64,000 bases of DNA from Candidatus Anderseniibacteriota bacterium (GCA_040876835.1 JBBDOX010000016.1:98875-162874), one strand, 5' to 3'; shown: positions 28,934-39,662, counted from the first letter of the stretch. Program-made: numbers and translations. Notes: generated by a model from the letters alone, not told the origin.

Positions 28934-30010
28934 ATGAAGAAGTTCTTGATCAGGCATTTGGGAAACATGGGAGACATGCTGTTTTTCGTCTCTCCCGTTC
29001 TTGAAACACTGAAGAAGAAATATCCCGATAGTCACATCACCTTCGTTACTGCCTGGGGGTTTAAAACTACTAAGCGACCCTTTCCTTTTGTTTCAAAGAA
29101 AGAATTCTGGGGAGACCGGAATCAAAGTGGGTTCTGCATCGCGCTCATGATGCATAATCCGCACATTGACGAGCTTGTTCACTGGCACGATGAGGACCTC
29201 TCGCTCGAAGGAATGATTTGCGCTGAAGAAGGTCGAAGGTTTCCGACGTGGAATAAGAGTTATTACGAGAAACAGAAAGAGTCCGGTAAATATGACGGCG
29301 TGTATGAGCTTGATTTTGGGATCGGGTACGAGGATAACCCCCTGGATCGAATGTATGAAGCCATTGGTATGTCCGGGGAAATGTTTTCAGATTATAAAAT
29401 ACATCTCACCGAGGATGACAAAGCGATTGCCAAAGCTGCTATGGAGCAGCATTCCACGCCGCGCATTGTGCTGCTAGAAGGCTTAGAAGGAACTACAACC
29501 CGCGGCTGGGACCCGGGAAAGATTCCAGCACTTGAAGCTGCAATTAAAAAGAACTATGGAGTAAAACCCATCTGGTTTGGCGGACGATACACACCCACAT
29601 TTGAAGGACGCCCCCTAACCCTGAGAGAGAATATTGCCACCCTGACTTTCTGTGACGCCGCTATTGGTGTTATGTCTGGCCCTCTGCATTTTGCGGCCGC
29701 AGTCGGGTGTCCAACCATTACCCTATATGGTGATCAGCCCTTACATAGAGCTGCACCTGCCTATTTTTTAAATGAATACATTCATAGTCCAAAAAAGTAT
29801 CATCGCACGATTATGGGGCCGACAAATTGGAATGAAATAAAGTTTTTAAAGGATGATTCTACGTTTGTAAATCTTACCCCCGTAGAGGTTAAAGCACAGG
29901 GTTACGAAAATTGGCAGAACCCCGGGCGCCAATCGACCAAAAGCTGCCTAGCAGTTATTACCGTAGATGAAATAATGGTGGTGCTTGCTGATGTTCTGGC
30001 AACAGATTAA
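28934..30010 (+). CDS. GT9-like (heptosyltransferase-family) glycosyltransferase
   Basis: The N-terminal 'RHLGNMGDMLFFVSPVLETLKKKYPDSHITFVT' and C-terminal 'GVMSGPLHFAAAVGCPTITLYGD' resemble the GT9 signatures (R.SALGD...P and NDSGPMHLAAA.G.P...LFGP). Confidence 0.5.
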   Translation: MKKFLIRHLGNMGDMLFFVSPVLETLKKKYPDSHITFVTAWGFKTTKRPFPFVSKKEFWGDRNQSGFCIALMMHNPHIDELVHWHDEDLSLEGMICAEEGRRFPTWNKSYYEKQKESGKYDGVYELDFGIGYEDNPLDRMYEAIGMSGEMFSDYKIHLTEDDKAIAKAAMEQHSTPRIVLLEGLEGTTTRGWDPGKIPALEAAIKKNYGVKPIWFGGRYTPTFEGRPLTLRENIATLTFCDAAIGVMSGPLHFAAAVGCPTITLYGDQPLHRAAPAYFLNEYIHSPKKYHRTIMGPTNWNEIKFLKDDSTFVNLTPVEVKAQGYENWQNPGRQSTKSCLAVITVDEIMVVLADVLATD

Positions 30011-30019
30011 GGTACGAAT

Positions 30020-30727
30020 ATGCAAAATCCCTGGGTAGTAATCCCGACATATAACGAAAAAGCTAATATTGAACAGATGGTGCCTCAGCTGTTCGGTCTC
30101 AATATTGAAAATCTTCATGTTCTTGTTGTCGACGACAATTCCCCCGATGGGACAGCTGGAGCAGTACGAGAATTTCAAAAGAAGTATTCCAATCTTCATC
30201 TGGAAGTACGGGGAAAAAAAGCAGGACTGGGACGAGCTTATGTGCACGGGTTTCAATATGCCCTCGATCACGGCGCAGATGCCGTTGTTCAAATGGATGC
30301 TGATTTCTCTCACGACCCCAAGGATGTGCCTAAGCTGCTCCACGCTCTCCAGAAGCATGACCTTGTGATTGGCTCGCGTTACGCTAACGGCATCAGCGTT
30401 ATTAACTGGCCCCTGAAGCGCCTGCTTATTAGCATTGCCGGGAATCTTTATGCAAGTAAAATCACCGGACTGCCAATCAAAGACGCTACCGGCGGACTAA
30501 AAGCGTGGCGGGCGCAAACATTGCGCGAAATTGACCTGCCAACCGTAGCCGCTGATGGCTATGGGTTTCAAGTTGTCATGAACTACCGTGCCTGGAAACA
30601 AAAAAAAACCATTGCCGAAATACCGATCATTTTTACTGAGCGTCGAGAAGGCCAATCCAAGATGAGCAAAAGTATTATTTGGGAAGCTTTGTGGTTGGTT
30701 TGGAAGCTGCGTTTTTTTGGTAAATAA
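30020..30727 (+). CDS. GT2 Dpm1-like polyprenyl-phosphate mannose/glucose synthase (soluble)
   Basis: 235 aa. 'VVIPTYNEKANIEQMV...LVVDDNSPDGT...VQMDADFSHDP'. Contains an A9 homopolymer at 30600-30608. Confidence 0.8.
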   Translation: MQNPWVVIPTYNEKANIEQMVPQLFGLNIENLHVLVVDDNSPDGTAGAVREFQKKYSNLHLEVRGKKAGLGRAYVHGFQYALDHGADAVVQMDADFSHDPKDVPKLLHALQKHDLVIGSRYANGISVINWPLKRLLISIAGNLYASKITGLPIKDATGGLKAWRAQTLREIDLPTVAADGYGFQVVMNYRAWKQKKTIAEIPIIFTERREGQSKMSKSIIWEALWLVWKLRFFGK

Positions 30728-30860
30728 GATTTGTTTGTTTAGCCTTTTAACCCCCGTTGATGGCTCGACTAACTCATAATAGTGGAAATGACATATCGTC
30801 TGATTTCAGTGTACGCTAAATTGTGCGTCTTATAGCACTAATTCCTAAGCGAAAGATACG

Positions 30861-32045
30861 ATGAAACTTCTTTTCTCTGTTCCCACTGGCTATCACTTGC
30901 GCGAACTCCTTATGCCACTCAAGGAGCATCTGGAGGCCGATAGTGCAATTGAACAAGTCATTGTTATGACTCCAGGAGCTAGGTATCGCACCGAAATATT
31001 TGCGTTGTACCCTGAAAAATTCGTATTCATTGAAAACCCCGCCATTGAAAATATCGAGGCGCATAAAACTCTTCTCCAAGAGCATCATCCTGACATTGTC
31101 ATAACCGATACAGTCGGTATCGACTTCCTTGATTATCCGGTCCTGAAAGCAGCGCAGGAACTACGGCTGAAAACACTGACGTTCATTGCCAGCTGGGACA
31201 ATGTTTGGAAGATAAACCGCCATATGCAGGCCGGAAAAAATGTCGCTTTTGCTGATTCTTTCATTGTCTGGAACGAGATGATGAAAGAACACCTGCTCTC
31301 CATAGTGTCTCCAGTTTTAGGCGAACAGGTCGCTGTCATTGGCGCTCCCCGACTCGACTATTTCTGGCACGAGGACAGAATTCCAACCAAACAGGCTCTA
31401 TATGAATACTTAGGGCTTACTGATACAAGCCGCCCCTTAATCCATTTTTCTACAACCGAACTCTACCCTATGGGCTACCTAGTAAAGGCTATCCGAGAGG
31501 GTATAACCAAAGGGGAAATACCACGAAATCCCTATCTATATGCTTCAGTGCATCCAGGCGGCAATATGGATAATCACAAGGATCTTAAGCAGTACGACGT
31601 TACTGTCCGCTACTCTTTCGGCCGACGGGACAATGCCCCGATGAAAGAGTTTGCATACAATATTACTCCTGATGAGCAATATATGCTGACGGCCGTGTTC
31701 AAGCATGCGGATCTCTTAATTAATCACTCCTCTAGTACTGCGCTTGAATCATTGATTGCCAAAACACCGGTCATCAACGTGAAGTATGGTCAACCACTCG
31801 ACTGGTGGCGCTGGTATCGATCAAGTGTGTACAGTGACTTCAAGGAACACTATTTAGACATCGTGAAATACAATGCTACGCGAGTTGTTCATAACAATAA
31901 GCAGCTTGTATCGGCAACAAAAGAACTACTAGAGAATCCTGTAATAGATGAGGGAGCACGCGCCAAAACGGTGCAGCGAATGATCTCTACCGTTGACGGT
32001 ACTACTGGACAAAGAGTACTTAATAGGATAAAACAGCTTGTTTAG
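30861..32045 (+). CDS. CDP-glycerol glycerophosphotransferase (TagB/TagF)-like or capsule-biosynthesis GT-B-like protein
   Basis: 394 aa. 'LINHSSSTALESLIAKTPVINVKYGQ' resembles the TagF-family C-terminal motif (TDYSS...E...KP.I). Weak match. Confidence 0.35.
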   Translation: MKLLFSVPTGYHLRELLMPLKEHLEADSAIEQVIVMTPGARYRTEIFALYPEKFVFIENPAIENIEAHKTLLQEHHPDIVITDTVGIDFLDYPVLKAAQELRLKTLTFIASWDNVWKINRHMQAGKNVAFADSFIVWNEMMKEHLLSIVSPVLGEQVAVIGAPRLDYFWHEDRIPTKQALYEYLGLTDTSRPLIHFSTTELYPMGYLVKAIREGITKGEIPRNPYLYASVHPGGNMDNHKDLKQYDVTVRYSFGRRDNAPMKEFAYNITPDEQYMLTAVFKHADLLINHSSSTALESLIAKTPVINVKYGQPLDWWRWYRSSVYSDFKEHYLDIVKYNATRVVHNNKQLVSATKELLENPVIDEGARAKTVQRMISTVDGTTGQRVLNRIKQLV

Positions 32046-32060
32046 CACATAACTTGGAAT

Positions 32061-32708
32061 ATGACGAAACGTGGAGCTGTCACTATCGTATTCGATGATG
32101 GGTATAAGCAGGTATACGAGACTGTCGTCCCCATGTTGACCAAATACCGTATCCCAGGGGTCTTTGCAGTGCCACTGGATTTTGCAGCTATTGAGCGAAG
32201 TGAGAAGCGATTGGTAACCCCCTGGCAGGAGTGGAAAAAAATTGAGACAGATGGGCATGAGATCGCAGCTCATACAGTATCCCATCGGAATCTGACTACC
32301 TTGCAAGACGTGGAGCTCGACCAGGAACTTCGCGAGCCGGAACAGGTACTGGGCGCGACCACTGTTGTCTATCCGGGCGGAGCTTACAACGAACAAGTGG
32401 TAGCCACAGCCCAAAAATATTACAGAGCTGGACGAACAGTCGTAAGAGGATTTGAGTCGTTTCAACCAGCTGACTCTATGCGACTGAAAAGTTTCAACTT
32501 CACACAGAAGAATTTTTCTGTCTGGAAAGTAAATGCGTTAGCGACTTGGGCTTACCTAACTAATACTTGGCTGATTGAAACATATCACATGGTTGATGAT
32601 GACGAGCTGATGCATTCTGTCCCCCTTTCGGCCTTTAAGAAGCATCTTGAATTCATCAAACGTCTTCCCATTGCTACCGAAACAATTCGACAGCATCTTT
32701 CCTTATGA
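32061..32708 (+). CDS. Polysaccharide deacetylase (CE4/NodB homology domain)
   Basis: 'VTIVFDDGYKQVYE...DGHEIAAHTVSHRNL' motifs. Confidence 0.75.
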   Translation: MTKRGAVTIVFDDGYKQVYETVVPMLTKYRIPGVFAVPLDFAAIERSEKRLVTPWQEWKKIETDGHEIAAHTVSHRNLTTLQDVELDQELREPEQVLGATTVVYPGGAYNEQVVATAQKYYRAGRTVVRGFESFQPADSMRLKSFNFTQKNFSVWKVNALATWAYLTNTWLIETYHMVDDDELMHSVPLSAFKKHLEFIKRLPIATETIRQHLSL

Positions 32709-33478
32709 GTCTCTCTGCTGCCATTATTGCCAAGAACGCGGAAGGCTCGCTCGAGCATACGCTGCGCTCAGTGCAATTTGTCGATGAAATCGTGGTGGTG
32801 GTCGATTCGAGTAGCACTGATAAGACGGCTCAGATTGCCAAAAAATATGGAGCCATTGTCTTCGAGCGTCCCTGGGCGGGGTACGGCCAGCAGAAAAACT
32901 TTGCCCTGGAACAAACATCTTCCGAGTGGGTATTATTTATAGATGCTGATGAAGAAGTTTCCTCCGAGCTGCAAGAAGCAATTAAACTGGCAGTTGCAAA
33001 CGGTCACCATGATGTTTACTGGATTCGAGTGATAACCGTATTCCTCGGCAAGCCCCTCCATCGCCTCTACGGTCATAACCCTCGCTTACTTAAGCGTTCC
33101 GCAGCCCGATGGACAAACAGTTTTGTACATGAGCAGCTGGTTACCTCCGATGGAGATGATGTAAAATTTGGCGATCGGGACCATGGTTTGTTAACTGCTC
33201 CGTTACTGCATTACTCCCATCCCACTTTAGCCTCATATATACAAAAAATGCATCAGTATACAACGCTGGATGCTCGTCAGATGCGCTCTACTGGTAAGCT
33301 GCGTTCAGGTAAGCCCATCCCTTCTCACCCCCTACTTCCGTTGCACCTCTCCGTAAAGCAATTTGTAAAGCTTTACTTCTATAGGCGTGGTATTCTCGAC
33401 GGTTTTGCAGGTTTTATGTGGAGTCTTATGTCAGCGTATTATGAGTGGGAAATGGCCACTAAATACAAAAGGGTATGA
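32705..33478 (+). CDS. GT2-family glycosyltransferase
   Basis: 'LSAAIIAKNAEGSLEHTLRSV...VVVVDSSSTDKT...LFIDADEEVS'. Confidence 0.8.
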   Translation: MSLSAAIIAKNAEGSLEHTLRSVQFVDEIVVVVDSSSTDKTAQIAKKYGAIVFERPWAGYGQQKNFALEQTSSEWVLFIDADEEVSSELQEAIKLAVANGHHDVYWIRVITVFLGKPLHRLYGHNPRLLKRSAARWTNSFVHEQLVTSDGDDVKFGDRDHGLLTAPLLHYSHPTLASYIQKMHQYTTLDARQMRSTGKLRSGKPIPSHPLLPLHLSVKQFVKLYFYRRGILDGFAGFMWSLMSAYYEWEMATKYKRV

Positions 33479-34620
33479 GAATAGTACACACAGCTTTGCG
33501 ATATCCTCCCGCCTCAGGCGGCGCAGAAACGTACATCCAAAATATTGTCGAACGAACGCGAGACATTGAAGCTGGACGTGATGTACGCGTACTAACAAGC
33601 AGAATGCGCACTCATGGCCCAATTAGCGAGCTTGATCCTGAGCTGCTTGTAGATGATCCTCCATATGTTCAACGACTTCACCATGCCAGCACACTAGGAA
33701 TATCATATCCCCGCCTACAAGCTCTCCGGTATTACTTAGGACACCATAAGCCTGACGTACTCCACGGATATGGATTTTGGTACCAGCCGGCTGACACTGC
33801 TGCTCGATACGCGCTGCATCATCATATTCCTTTCATTTTTCATCCAATCTATTACGAGAATGAAATCAGACAAAAAGCGGTATGGCAATTGTACAAACAA
33901 GTAATCGGGCGAAAAACGTTTGCCACTGCAGACATTGTGGTTGTTATCTCGCCCCAGGAACAACAACTTATAGAACAGGCCGGATTCCCGGTAAACCGTT
34001 TCGAGTTAATTCCACCGGGGATTGATACCTCCCGCTTTGAAACAACGTGTCCTAATCCTTTTATGGAGCGAGAAATAGCTGGCCCTATACTTCTGTCGGT
34101 CTCCCGGATTGCCGAAAGCAAAGGAATTCAGGATATCATTGCCATTCTACCTGATATTATTCGCATAGTACCGGATCTTCAGTATGTTATTGTCGGTGAG
34201 GACTTTGGATACAGGGAAACTCTACTGCAACAAGCAAACATCGTGGGCGTCTCAGACCACCTTCACTTCCTTGGGAAGGTATCTGATACCGAGCTGGCCG
34301 GAGCCTATCAGCATGCAGATGTCTTTGTGCACCCATCTCACTATGAAGCCTTTGGGATTGTTGTGGCTGAGGCACTGGCTGCCGGTACTCCCGTCGTTGC
34401 CCGAAACGCGTCAGCTATTCCTTTCGTGGCCCCACATGAAAAAGCAGGTCTTTTGTGTTCAACCTCTGAGGAATTTACTCGGTCAATTACAACCCTCTTA
34501 CAGAATCCAGGGTTGCGTCAGCAGTATGGCGCTCAAGGGAAACAGCGCGTTGTGAAAGAATTCGGTTGGGATAAAGTAATAAAAAAAGTGGTCGCGTTGT
34601 ACGACTCACTTGATAAGTAA
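33475..34620 (+). CDS. GT4-family glycosyltransferase
   Basis: 'MRIVHTALRYPPASGGAETY', then 'HYEAFGIVVAEALAAGTPVVARNASAIPFV'. Confidence 0.8.
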   Translation: MRIVHTALRYPPASGGAETYIQNIVERTRDIEAGRDVRVLTSRMRTHGPISELDPELLVDDPPYVQRLHHASTLGISYPRLQALRYYLGHHKPDVLHGYGFWYQPADTAARYALHHHIPFIFHPIYYENEIRQKAVWQLYKQVIGRKTFATADIVVVISPQEQQLIEQAGFPVNRFELIPPGIDTSRFETTCPNPFMEREIAGPILLSVSRIAESKGIQDIIAILPDIIRIVPDLQYVIVGEDFGYRETLLQQANIVGVSDHLHFLGKVSDTELAGAYQHADVFVHPSHYEAFGIVVAEALAAGTPVVARNASAIPFVAPHEKAGLLCSTSEEFTRSITTLLQNPGLRQQYGAQGKQRVVKEFGWDKVIKKVVALYDSLDK

Positions 34621-35040
34621 CTGTAGAAGCTTCCGAGCTTCCCCGTTGACCTCCGCCACGTGTCCCCAGAGCAGCTCCAGCGCTTCACTGGACACCAACT
34701 CTGGCCGCTCGAAGCGCATCAGGAAGGCCCCGATAGCTGCTGCGATGACACGGCGATACTCATGTTTCGGCTCGTCGCCAAACTCACTATCGCGCACGAG
34801 CGACTGGGCGTAGGAGATGCTCCCCAGGAGCTCGTCCAGATCATCCTCCGCCTTCAAATCTACCCAGTCTTTCGCCAGGACTCCAATGCGTGCCTGCTGC
34901 TCGACTGGGAGGCTAGCGAAGGCGATATGGCACCGTGCAATATCGCCCACCCCTTGAGAATGGATCCAGCTGTACACCTTTCTGATCGCAACACGAGTTT
35001 CCGCCTTGAGCGCCATTTTTCCCTCTTGCTTTCCTGACAC
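34606..35040 (-). CDS. Hypothetical protein (144 aa) in a G+C-enriched islet
   Basis: ORFs are present on both strands of this G+C-rich segment. The minus-strand ORF has the more protein-like composition. It overlaps the upstream convergent gene by 15 nt and lies 3 nt from the divergent gene 35044-36126. Confidence 0.3.
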   Translation of the reverse strand: MSGKQEGKMALKAETRVAIRKVYSWIHSQGVGDIARCHIAFASLPVEQQARIGVLAKDWVDLKAEDDLDELLGSISYAQSLVRDSEFGDEPKHEYRRVIAAAIGAFLMRFERPELVSSEALELLWGHVAEVNGEARKLLQLLIK

Positions 35041-35043
35041 GGA

Positions 35044-36126
35044 ATGAACTACGGTACAAGCAGTATGGCAACAAACAGATATGAGAGCAAAAATGTTTTA
35101 TTCGTGGCCCTCTCCGGTATCGGCAATTTCCTCATGCAGCTTCCTACTATTGAAGCATTCAAAGAAGCCCGACCCAAGGCTCGCATTACTGTATGGGTCG
35201 CCCCCCGCGGCACTAAAGTAGTTGCAGAGGCCTCTCCCTTTATTGATTCTGTTATTGAGGCCCCTATTAAGACTTCATTGCTGGGACACATTCAGATGAA
35301 CTGGAAGCTAGCTCAGCGGCGATTCGACACGGGAATTGTGTTGTCGCCTGGGCAACTCGTCAAAAGCGCTGCATATACATTCTTAGCTGGAATCCCGATT
35401 CGTGTCGGCAACACGTACCCGTTTCGAGGACAGCAGCACAGTCGTTTTCTGTTAACTCATCCCGTTATTGAAGAGGAGAATCGCCACGATATTGAACAAA
35501 ATCTGTGCCTGCTTGAGCCCCTTCAGATACCGACTGAAAATTTCTGGAACGCCTCCTACCATCTGCACGTCCCTGAAGACCATCAAGTAAAAGCTAGGGA
35601 GTTTCTTAAGCAAAAGAGGATCCCAACTGATAAACACCTGGTGGGAATTCATGCCGGATCGGCTCCAGATTTTCCGTGGAAACGCTGGCCGCTCGATCGC
35701 TTTTCAACAGTCGCTCGTCACCTCATCGATAAACAAAATGCTCATGTATTACTCTTTGGCGGTCCGGATGAAGACAGTCAAAAAGAGGAGCTCAGACAGC
35801 TCATTAACCATTCTGCGGTTACGTCCGTTTCCGCTCCCCTCCTAACTACCGCAGCTATCATGCGACACCTCAAATACGTGATTACAAATGATTCGGGATT
35901 AATGCACCTGGCTGCAGCCTCCGGAGTAAAGGTGTTCGGATTCTTTGGCCCGACCGATGAAATCAAAACCGGCCCGCGCGGAATTGCTAGCACAGTTATT
36001 CGCGCGGAGAATACAGTGCCAGTCTACAACACTGAAGAAAATTACAACCTGGGCTCGGGGCCGCACGAAACCATGTTGTCCATTACTCCCGAACTGGTTA
36101 TATCAACAATTCTTACAGCGTCCTAG
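35044..36126 (+). CDS. GT9-family glycosyltransferase (ADP-heptose:LPS heptosyltransferase-like)
   Basis: 'VLFVALSGIGNFLMQLPTIEAFKEARPKARITVWVAP' and 'ITNDSGLMHLAAASGVKVFGFFGPTD' are canonical GT9 motifs. Confidence 0.7.
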   Translation: MNYGTSSMATNRYESKNVLFVALSGIGNFLMQLPTIEAFKEARPKARITVWVAPRGTKVVAEASPFIDSVIEAPIKTSLLGHIQMNWKLAQRRFDTGIVLSPGQLVKSAAYTFLAGIPIRVGNTYPFRGQQHSRFLLTHPVIEEENRHDIEQNLCLLEPLQIPTENFWNASYHLHVPEDHQVKAREFLKQKRIPTDKHLVGIHAGSAPDFPWKRWPLDRFSTVARHLIDKQNAHVLLFGGPDEDSQKEELRQLINHSAVTSVSAPLLTTAAIMRHLKYVITNDSGLMHLAAASGVKVFGFFGPTDEIKTGPRGIASTVIRAENTVPVYNTEENYNLGSGPHETMLSITPELVISTILTAS

Positions 36127-37340
36127 GAAGCTATCTCGTAAAATTGTTCATATTGTGCAGCAATAGTTTGAATCGTCAGATTCTGTTCTACCCACCTACG
36201 GGCATTACGCTGCATTTCCCGCTTTGCATAACGGTCTATCGTTAGGGCTTTTATTATGTTCTGCTCCAATGATTTGGGCACACCAGCCTCACACACCAAC
36301 CCCGTTTCGCCATCGGTGACAAACTCGCCGGGACCGCCCAAGTTAGAAGTAATCACAGTTTTTCCTCGAGCCATCCCTTCGATAACAGTACGCCCAAACG
36401 GCTCGATCCACATATGTGGTGCCACAACAACAGCCGCCTTATCATACGTCTGCATAATCTGCCAATGAGGAACAGATTCCTCGAACGTCACCGAATACTG
36501 CAACCCTCGTGCCGCTACATATTGTTCATATTCTTTCTTCTGAGCACCACGACCAACAATAACTAAGTGGACCTGAGGAACTGCCTTTATAACATTGGTC
36601 CAGATACTTAGTAGCACGCGAACGCCTTTGTAATCTTCCACGCGGCCGATGTATAACACCTGTGCGGCTTCACCCTCGTGAAAAGGCTCTGTTAAGTACT
36701 CCGGATCAATTGGGTTGTAAATAACCGCTGTAAGAGCTTCTGAGAGGTTCTGAAATTTAGAAATTTCTTTCTGCTGACTGTGTGAAATGTAAATATGGTT
36801 CTTGATACGCAAAAATGCCTCCTGACGATATTTAATATTGTAGGCATACTGCCAGAACCGAAGAAGGTTGCGAGGAAACGGCGCTTCCCGCACGCGATGG
36901 GAGTCCCAGATCGACTTCCAGCGAAATGGCTCCTGCGGGATTTGGCCTGTCCAAAGGTAATGATTGGTATCTCCAGCTATTTGGGCATAATCACGCGCTG
37001 TCAGCACAACGCGGGGATGACTAATTTCGGAGAGCACCAGTGCCGAACGAAAATCATGAGCATGGAGAATGTCGTACTGCGTGCAATCAACTACTTTCTG
37101 AACCTGGCGGGACATCCGCCTACTTGCCCGCCTTTCAAATAAAGGCTTACCCGTTAGCCCTAGTGGCAATCGCGTTACGTGTACCCCTTCCAGCTCTGTA
37201 TCTTCGCGACGCATTCCTTCACACACCACATGAACTTCATGACCAGCCTGAACAAGTCCACGCGCAATAAGATGAGTTGAGATTTCACCTCCGCCGCTCG
37301 TGTTTGGCGGATAGTGGCCGGATAAAAAAAGAAGCTTCAT
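36123..37340 (-). CDS. GT4-family glycosyltransferase
   Basis: 'MKLLFLSGHYPPNTSGGGEISTH', then 'WIEPFGRTVIEGMARGKTVITSNLGGPGEFV'. Confidence 0.8.
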   Translation of the reverse strand: MKLLFLSGHYPPNTSGGGEISTHLIARGLVQAGHEVHVVCEGMRREDTELEGVHVTRLPLGLTGKPLFERRASRRMSRQVQKVVDCTQYDILHAHDFRSALVLSEISHPRVVLTARDYAQIAGDTNHYLWTGQIPQEPFRWKSIWDSHRVREAPFPRNLLRFWQYAYNIKYRQEAFLRIKNHIYISHSQQKEISKFQNLSEALTAVIYNPIDPEYLTEPFHEGEAAQVLYIGRVEDYKGVRVLLSIWTNVIKAVPQVHLVIVGRGAQKKEYEQYVAARGLQYSVTFEESVPHWQIMQTYDKAAVVVAPHMWIEPFGRTVIEGMARGKTVITSNLGGPGEFVTDGETGLVCEAGVPKSLEQNIIKALTIDRYAKREMQRNARRWVEQNLTIQTIAAQYEQFYEIAS

Positions 37341-37351
37341 ACTCCTTCAGT

Positions 37352-38509
37352 CTATATCAATCGTTTGTAGACCTCGAGCTCCTGTTTAGCTGCCGTGTCC
37401 CAGGAAAACATCTTCGCCCGCACTAACCCCTGACTACGCAACTCATCAACGAGTTTACTATCCTGTAGAACATGCTGCATATGCTCTGAAAGAACTGCTA
37501 CATCCAGCGGATCATGCGTTAAGGCGGCGCTTCCCACCACTTCCGGCAGTGATGTAGTGTTAGAACATATAACAGGTGTGCCAGCGGCCATTGCCTGTAA
37601 TGGCGGCAATCCAAAACCTTCATGAGTAGAGGGAAAGACAAACATATCAGCAAGATTGAAAAACTCGTTGAGCTCCTGATTAGACAGAGGGGAGTTAATA
37701 ATCCGTATAGCCTCACGTAGCTGGAGCCGATCAATCGTTCTCAGCAATAGTTCCCGCCCTGACGCTATACCAGGTGCTCCAACCTTAACAAAGACAGCAT
37801 TTGGAAATGCCTTACGTATCCGACTAAAAGCCTCAACAGCTGTAACAAGATTCTTTCGGACATGGTCAGAGCCAACATACAATATTATAGGTCCTGCCTG
37901 AGTCTCCAGCTGGAGCCGCTTACGCAGCTGTTGGTATCCGACCGTATTTGAAAAATTCTCAATGGGAAAAAATTCTCTCCCTACCCCGTTGTAAATAACG
38001 GTAATGCGCTCATCCGGGATATCGTATCGGTCCTGCACGGCCTTCTTGGTATAGTCTGATACGCAAATAATCTGATTCGCGCGAGCAATCCCGCTGTATA
38101 GGTACCGGTTGATGAGATATGCTTGCTTATCCTGCGGATCGAGGAGTTCGATGATGTCATGAACTGTAACCACGCTTGGTGACAGCTTCCCTGCTAAAAA
38201 GCTCAGTGTTTGATTAGTCAGATGATACAACCCAAAATCTGGACTATTTTTATCGCGAACATACTGCACCAGACGCGTTCCCAGCCGCACCCATTGCACA
38301 CTCTTTGCATTTAGCAATCCCGGCCAGCTTGAAAACTCAAACAACTGCTGCCCATCCACAGCTAGAGATCTAGTCTGCCCATCAAGCCGAAACTCGCTCG
38401 GCTGGACTTCGGCTGCATATTGCTCTTTGAGTATTGAAACGATGGCATGAGCACGGTGGCCCACTCCGCTATAACTACTTCCGTTTGTAATGTAGGCAAT
38501 CCTTGACAT
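37352..38509 (-). CDS. GT4-family glycosyltransferase
   Basis: The start was trimmed to the ATG at 38509 ([18 protein letters not shown]...). The listed ORF extends to 38899, deep into the upstream gene. C-terminal '[32 protein letters not shown]'. Confidence 0.7.
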   Translation of the reverse strand: MSRIAYITNGSSYSGVGHRAHAIVSILKEQYAAEVQPSEFRLDGQTRSLAVDGQQLFEFSSWPGLLNAKSVQWVRLGTRLVQYVRDKNSPDFGLYHLTNQTLSFLAGKLSPSVVTVHDIIELLDPQDKQAYLINRYLYSGIARANQIICVSDYTKKAVQDRYDIPDERITVIYNGVGREFFPIENFSNTVGYQQLRKRLQLETQAGPIILYVGSDHVRKNLVTAVEAFSRIRKAFPNAVFVKVGAPGIASGRELLLRTIDRLQLREAIRIINSPLSNQELNEFFNLADMFVFPSTHEGFGLPPLQAMAAGTPVICSNTTSLPEVVGSAALTHDPLDVAVLSEHMQHVLQDSKLVDELRSQGLVRAKMFSWDTAAKQELEVYKRLI

Positions 38510-38513
38510 CGAC

Positions 38514-39659
38514 CTACAATACTGCCACTCGATCGTACACGGCAAGCGTTTTCTGAATAACTGGCGGCCAGGAGAATTGCATCGCATGTCGCTGCCCTTG
38601 CTGAATAAGACTATCCCGCAAAGCTCTGTCCTGAAGCACCCGCAGTATTTCCTCTGATAGTCTCTGTACGAAGTCCTTATCTTGAAGTCTTGAAGCAACC
38701 GTTCCTTCCGAAAACGGTACAATGATTCCTTCTTGACCGACTGCTTCAGGCAGCGCGCCACCGTCACTTGTAATAACCGGTGTACCGCATGCCATCGCCT
38801 CCAATGGCGGAAATCCCCACCCCTCATATATACTCGGCCATACAAAGATATCAGCAGCTGTGTACAAGGCAGGTAAATCCTCATACCCCACTTTCCCAAG
38901 GATACGTACCCGACTTTCTAATTGAAGTTCGCCTACCAGGTGCTCCGTATCATCCCGCTTGTCCGCAGCTCGTCCAGCAATAACAACAGTGTGGGGAATT
39001 TGATTCTGTATCCTGGCGAAAGCCCGCAGTAATGCGGCAATATTTTTTCGCGCATCTCGCGTACCCACAAAGAGAATGTACGGACCCGTTATGTTATACA
39101 ACCGTAGAATCCGTCGTACACTCTCCTGCTCCACCGGTTTAAAGTGATCATGATTGATACCAAGGGGAGTCACCGTAATTTTATGGGGGTTAACATGCAG
39201 ATGCTCAATAATCCCACGCTTACTTGCCTCCGAAATTGTCAGAATGTGATCAGATTGACTGGCAGCTCGCTGAAGGGCCCGCGGCCAATACAGACGGCGT
39301 AGTGGTGATTGCATATTCGGCAGTAACAGGGGAATGACATCATGTATTGTTACAATCGTCGGGAAACGCTTGTGTACTGGGACGTCAGCCTTCGTGAAGT
39401 GCACGATGTCGGGCTGTAACCGGTTAAGAGCTTTTGGCACCTGTTGGTTAAGCCAGAACGGCAGAAACGCCTCCGCGTGAAGTGGAACTACTTCCCCATG
39501 CGCTGCTGGAAAAATACTCTCCTGTCGTTTATCACTATACAGAACCGTGACGTCATACTTTCCCGGCTCTTTCAGCAGGTATGAGATAAGCTCCCTAGTA
39601 TATGTCTGGATACCACCACCAGGTCCGGACAAAGATCGAGCTTCAATAACAAGCTTCAT
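38514..39659 (-). CDS. GT4-family glycosyltransferase
   Basis: 'MKLVIEARSLSGPGGGIQTY', then 'IYEGWGFPPLEAMACGTPVITSDGGALPEAVG'. Confidence 0.8.
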   Translation of the reverse strand: MKLVIEARSLSGPGGGIQTYTRELISYLLKEPGKYDVTVLYSDKRQESIFPAAHGEVVPLHAEAFLPFWLNQQVPKALNRLQPDIVHFTKADVPVHKRFPTIVTIHDVIPLLLPNMQSPLRRLYWPRALQRAASQSDHILTISEASKRGIIEHLHVNPHKITVTPLGINHDHFKPVEQESVRRILRLYNITGPYILFVGTRDARKNIAALLRAFARIQNQIPHTVVIAGRAADKRDDTEHLVGELQLESRVRILGKVGYEDLPALYTAADIFVWPSIYEGWGFPPLEAMACGTPVITSDGGALPEAVGQEGIIVPFSEGTVASRLQDKDFVQRLSEEILRVLQDRALRDSLIQQGQRHAMQFSWPPVIQKTLAVYDRVAVL

Positions 39660-39662
39660 ATA

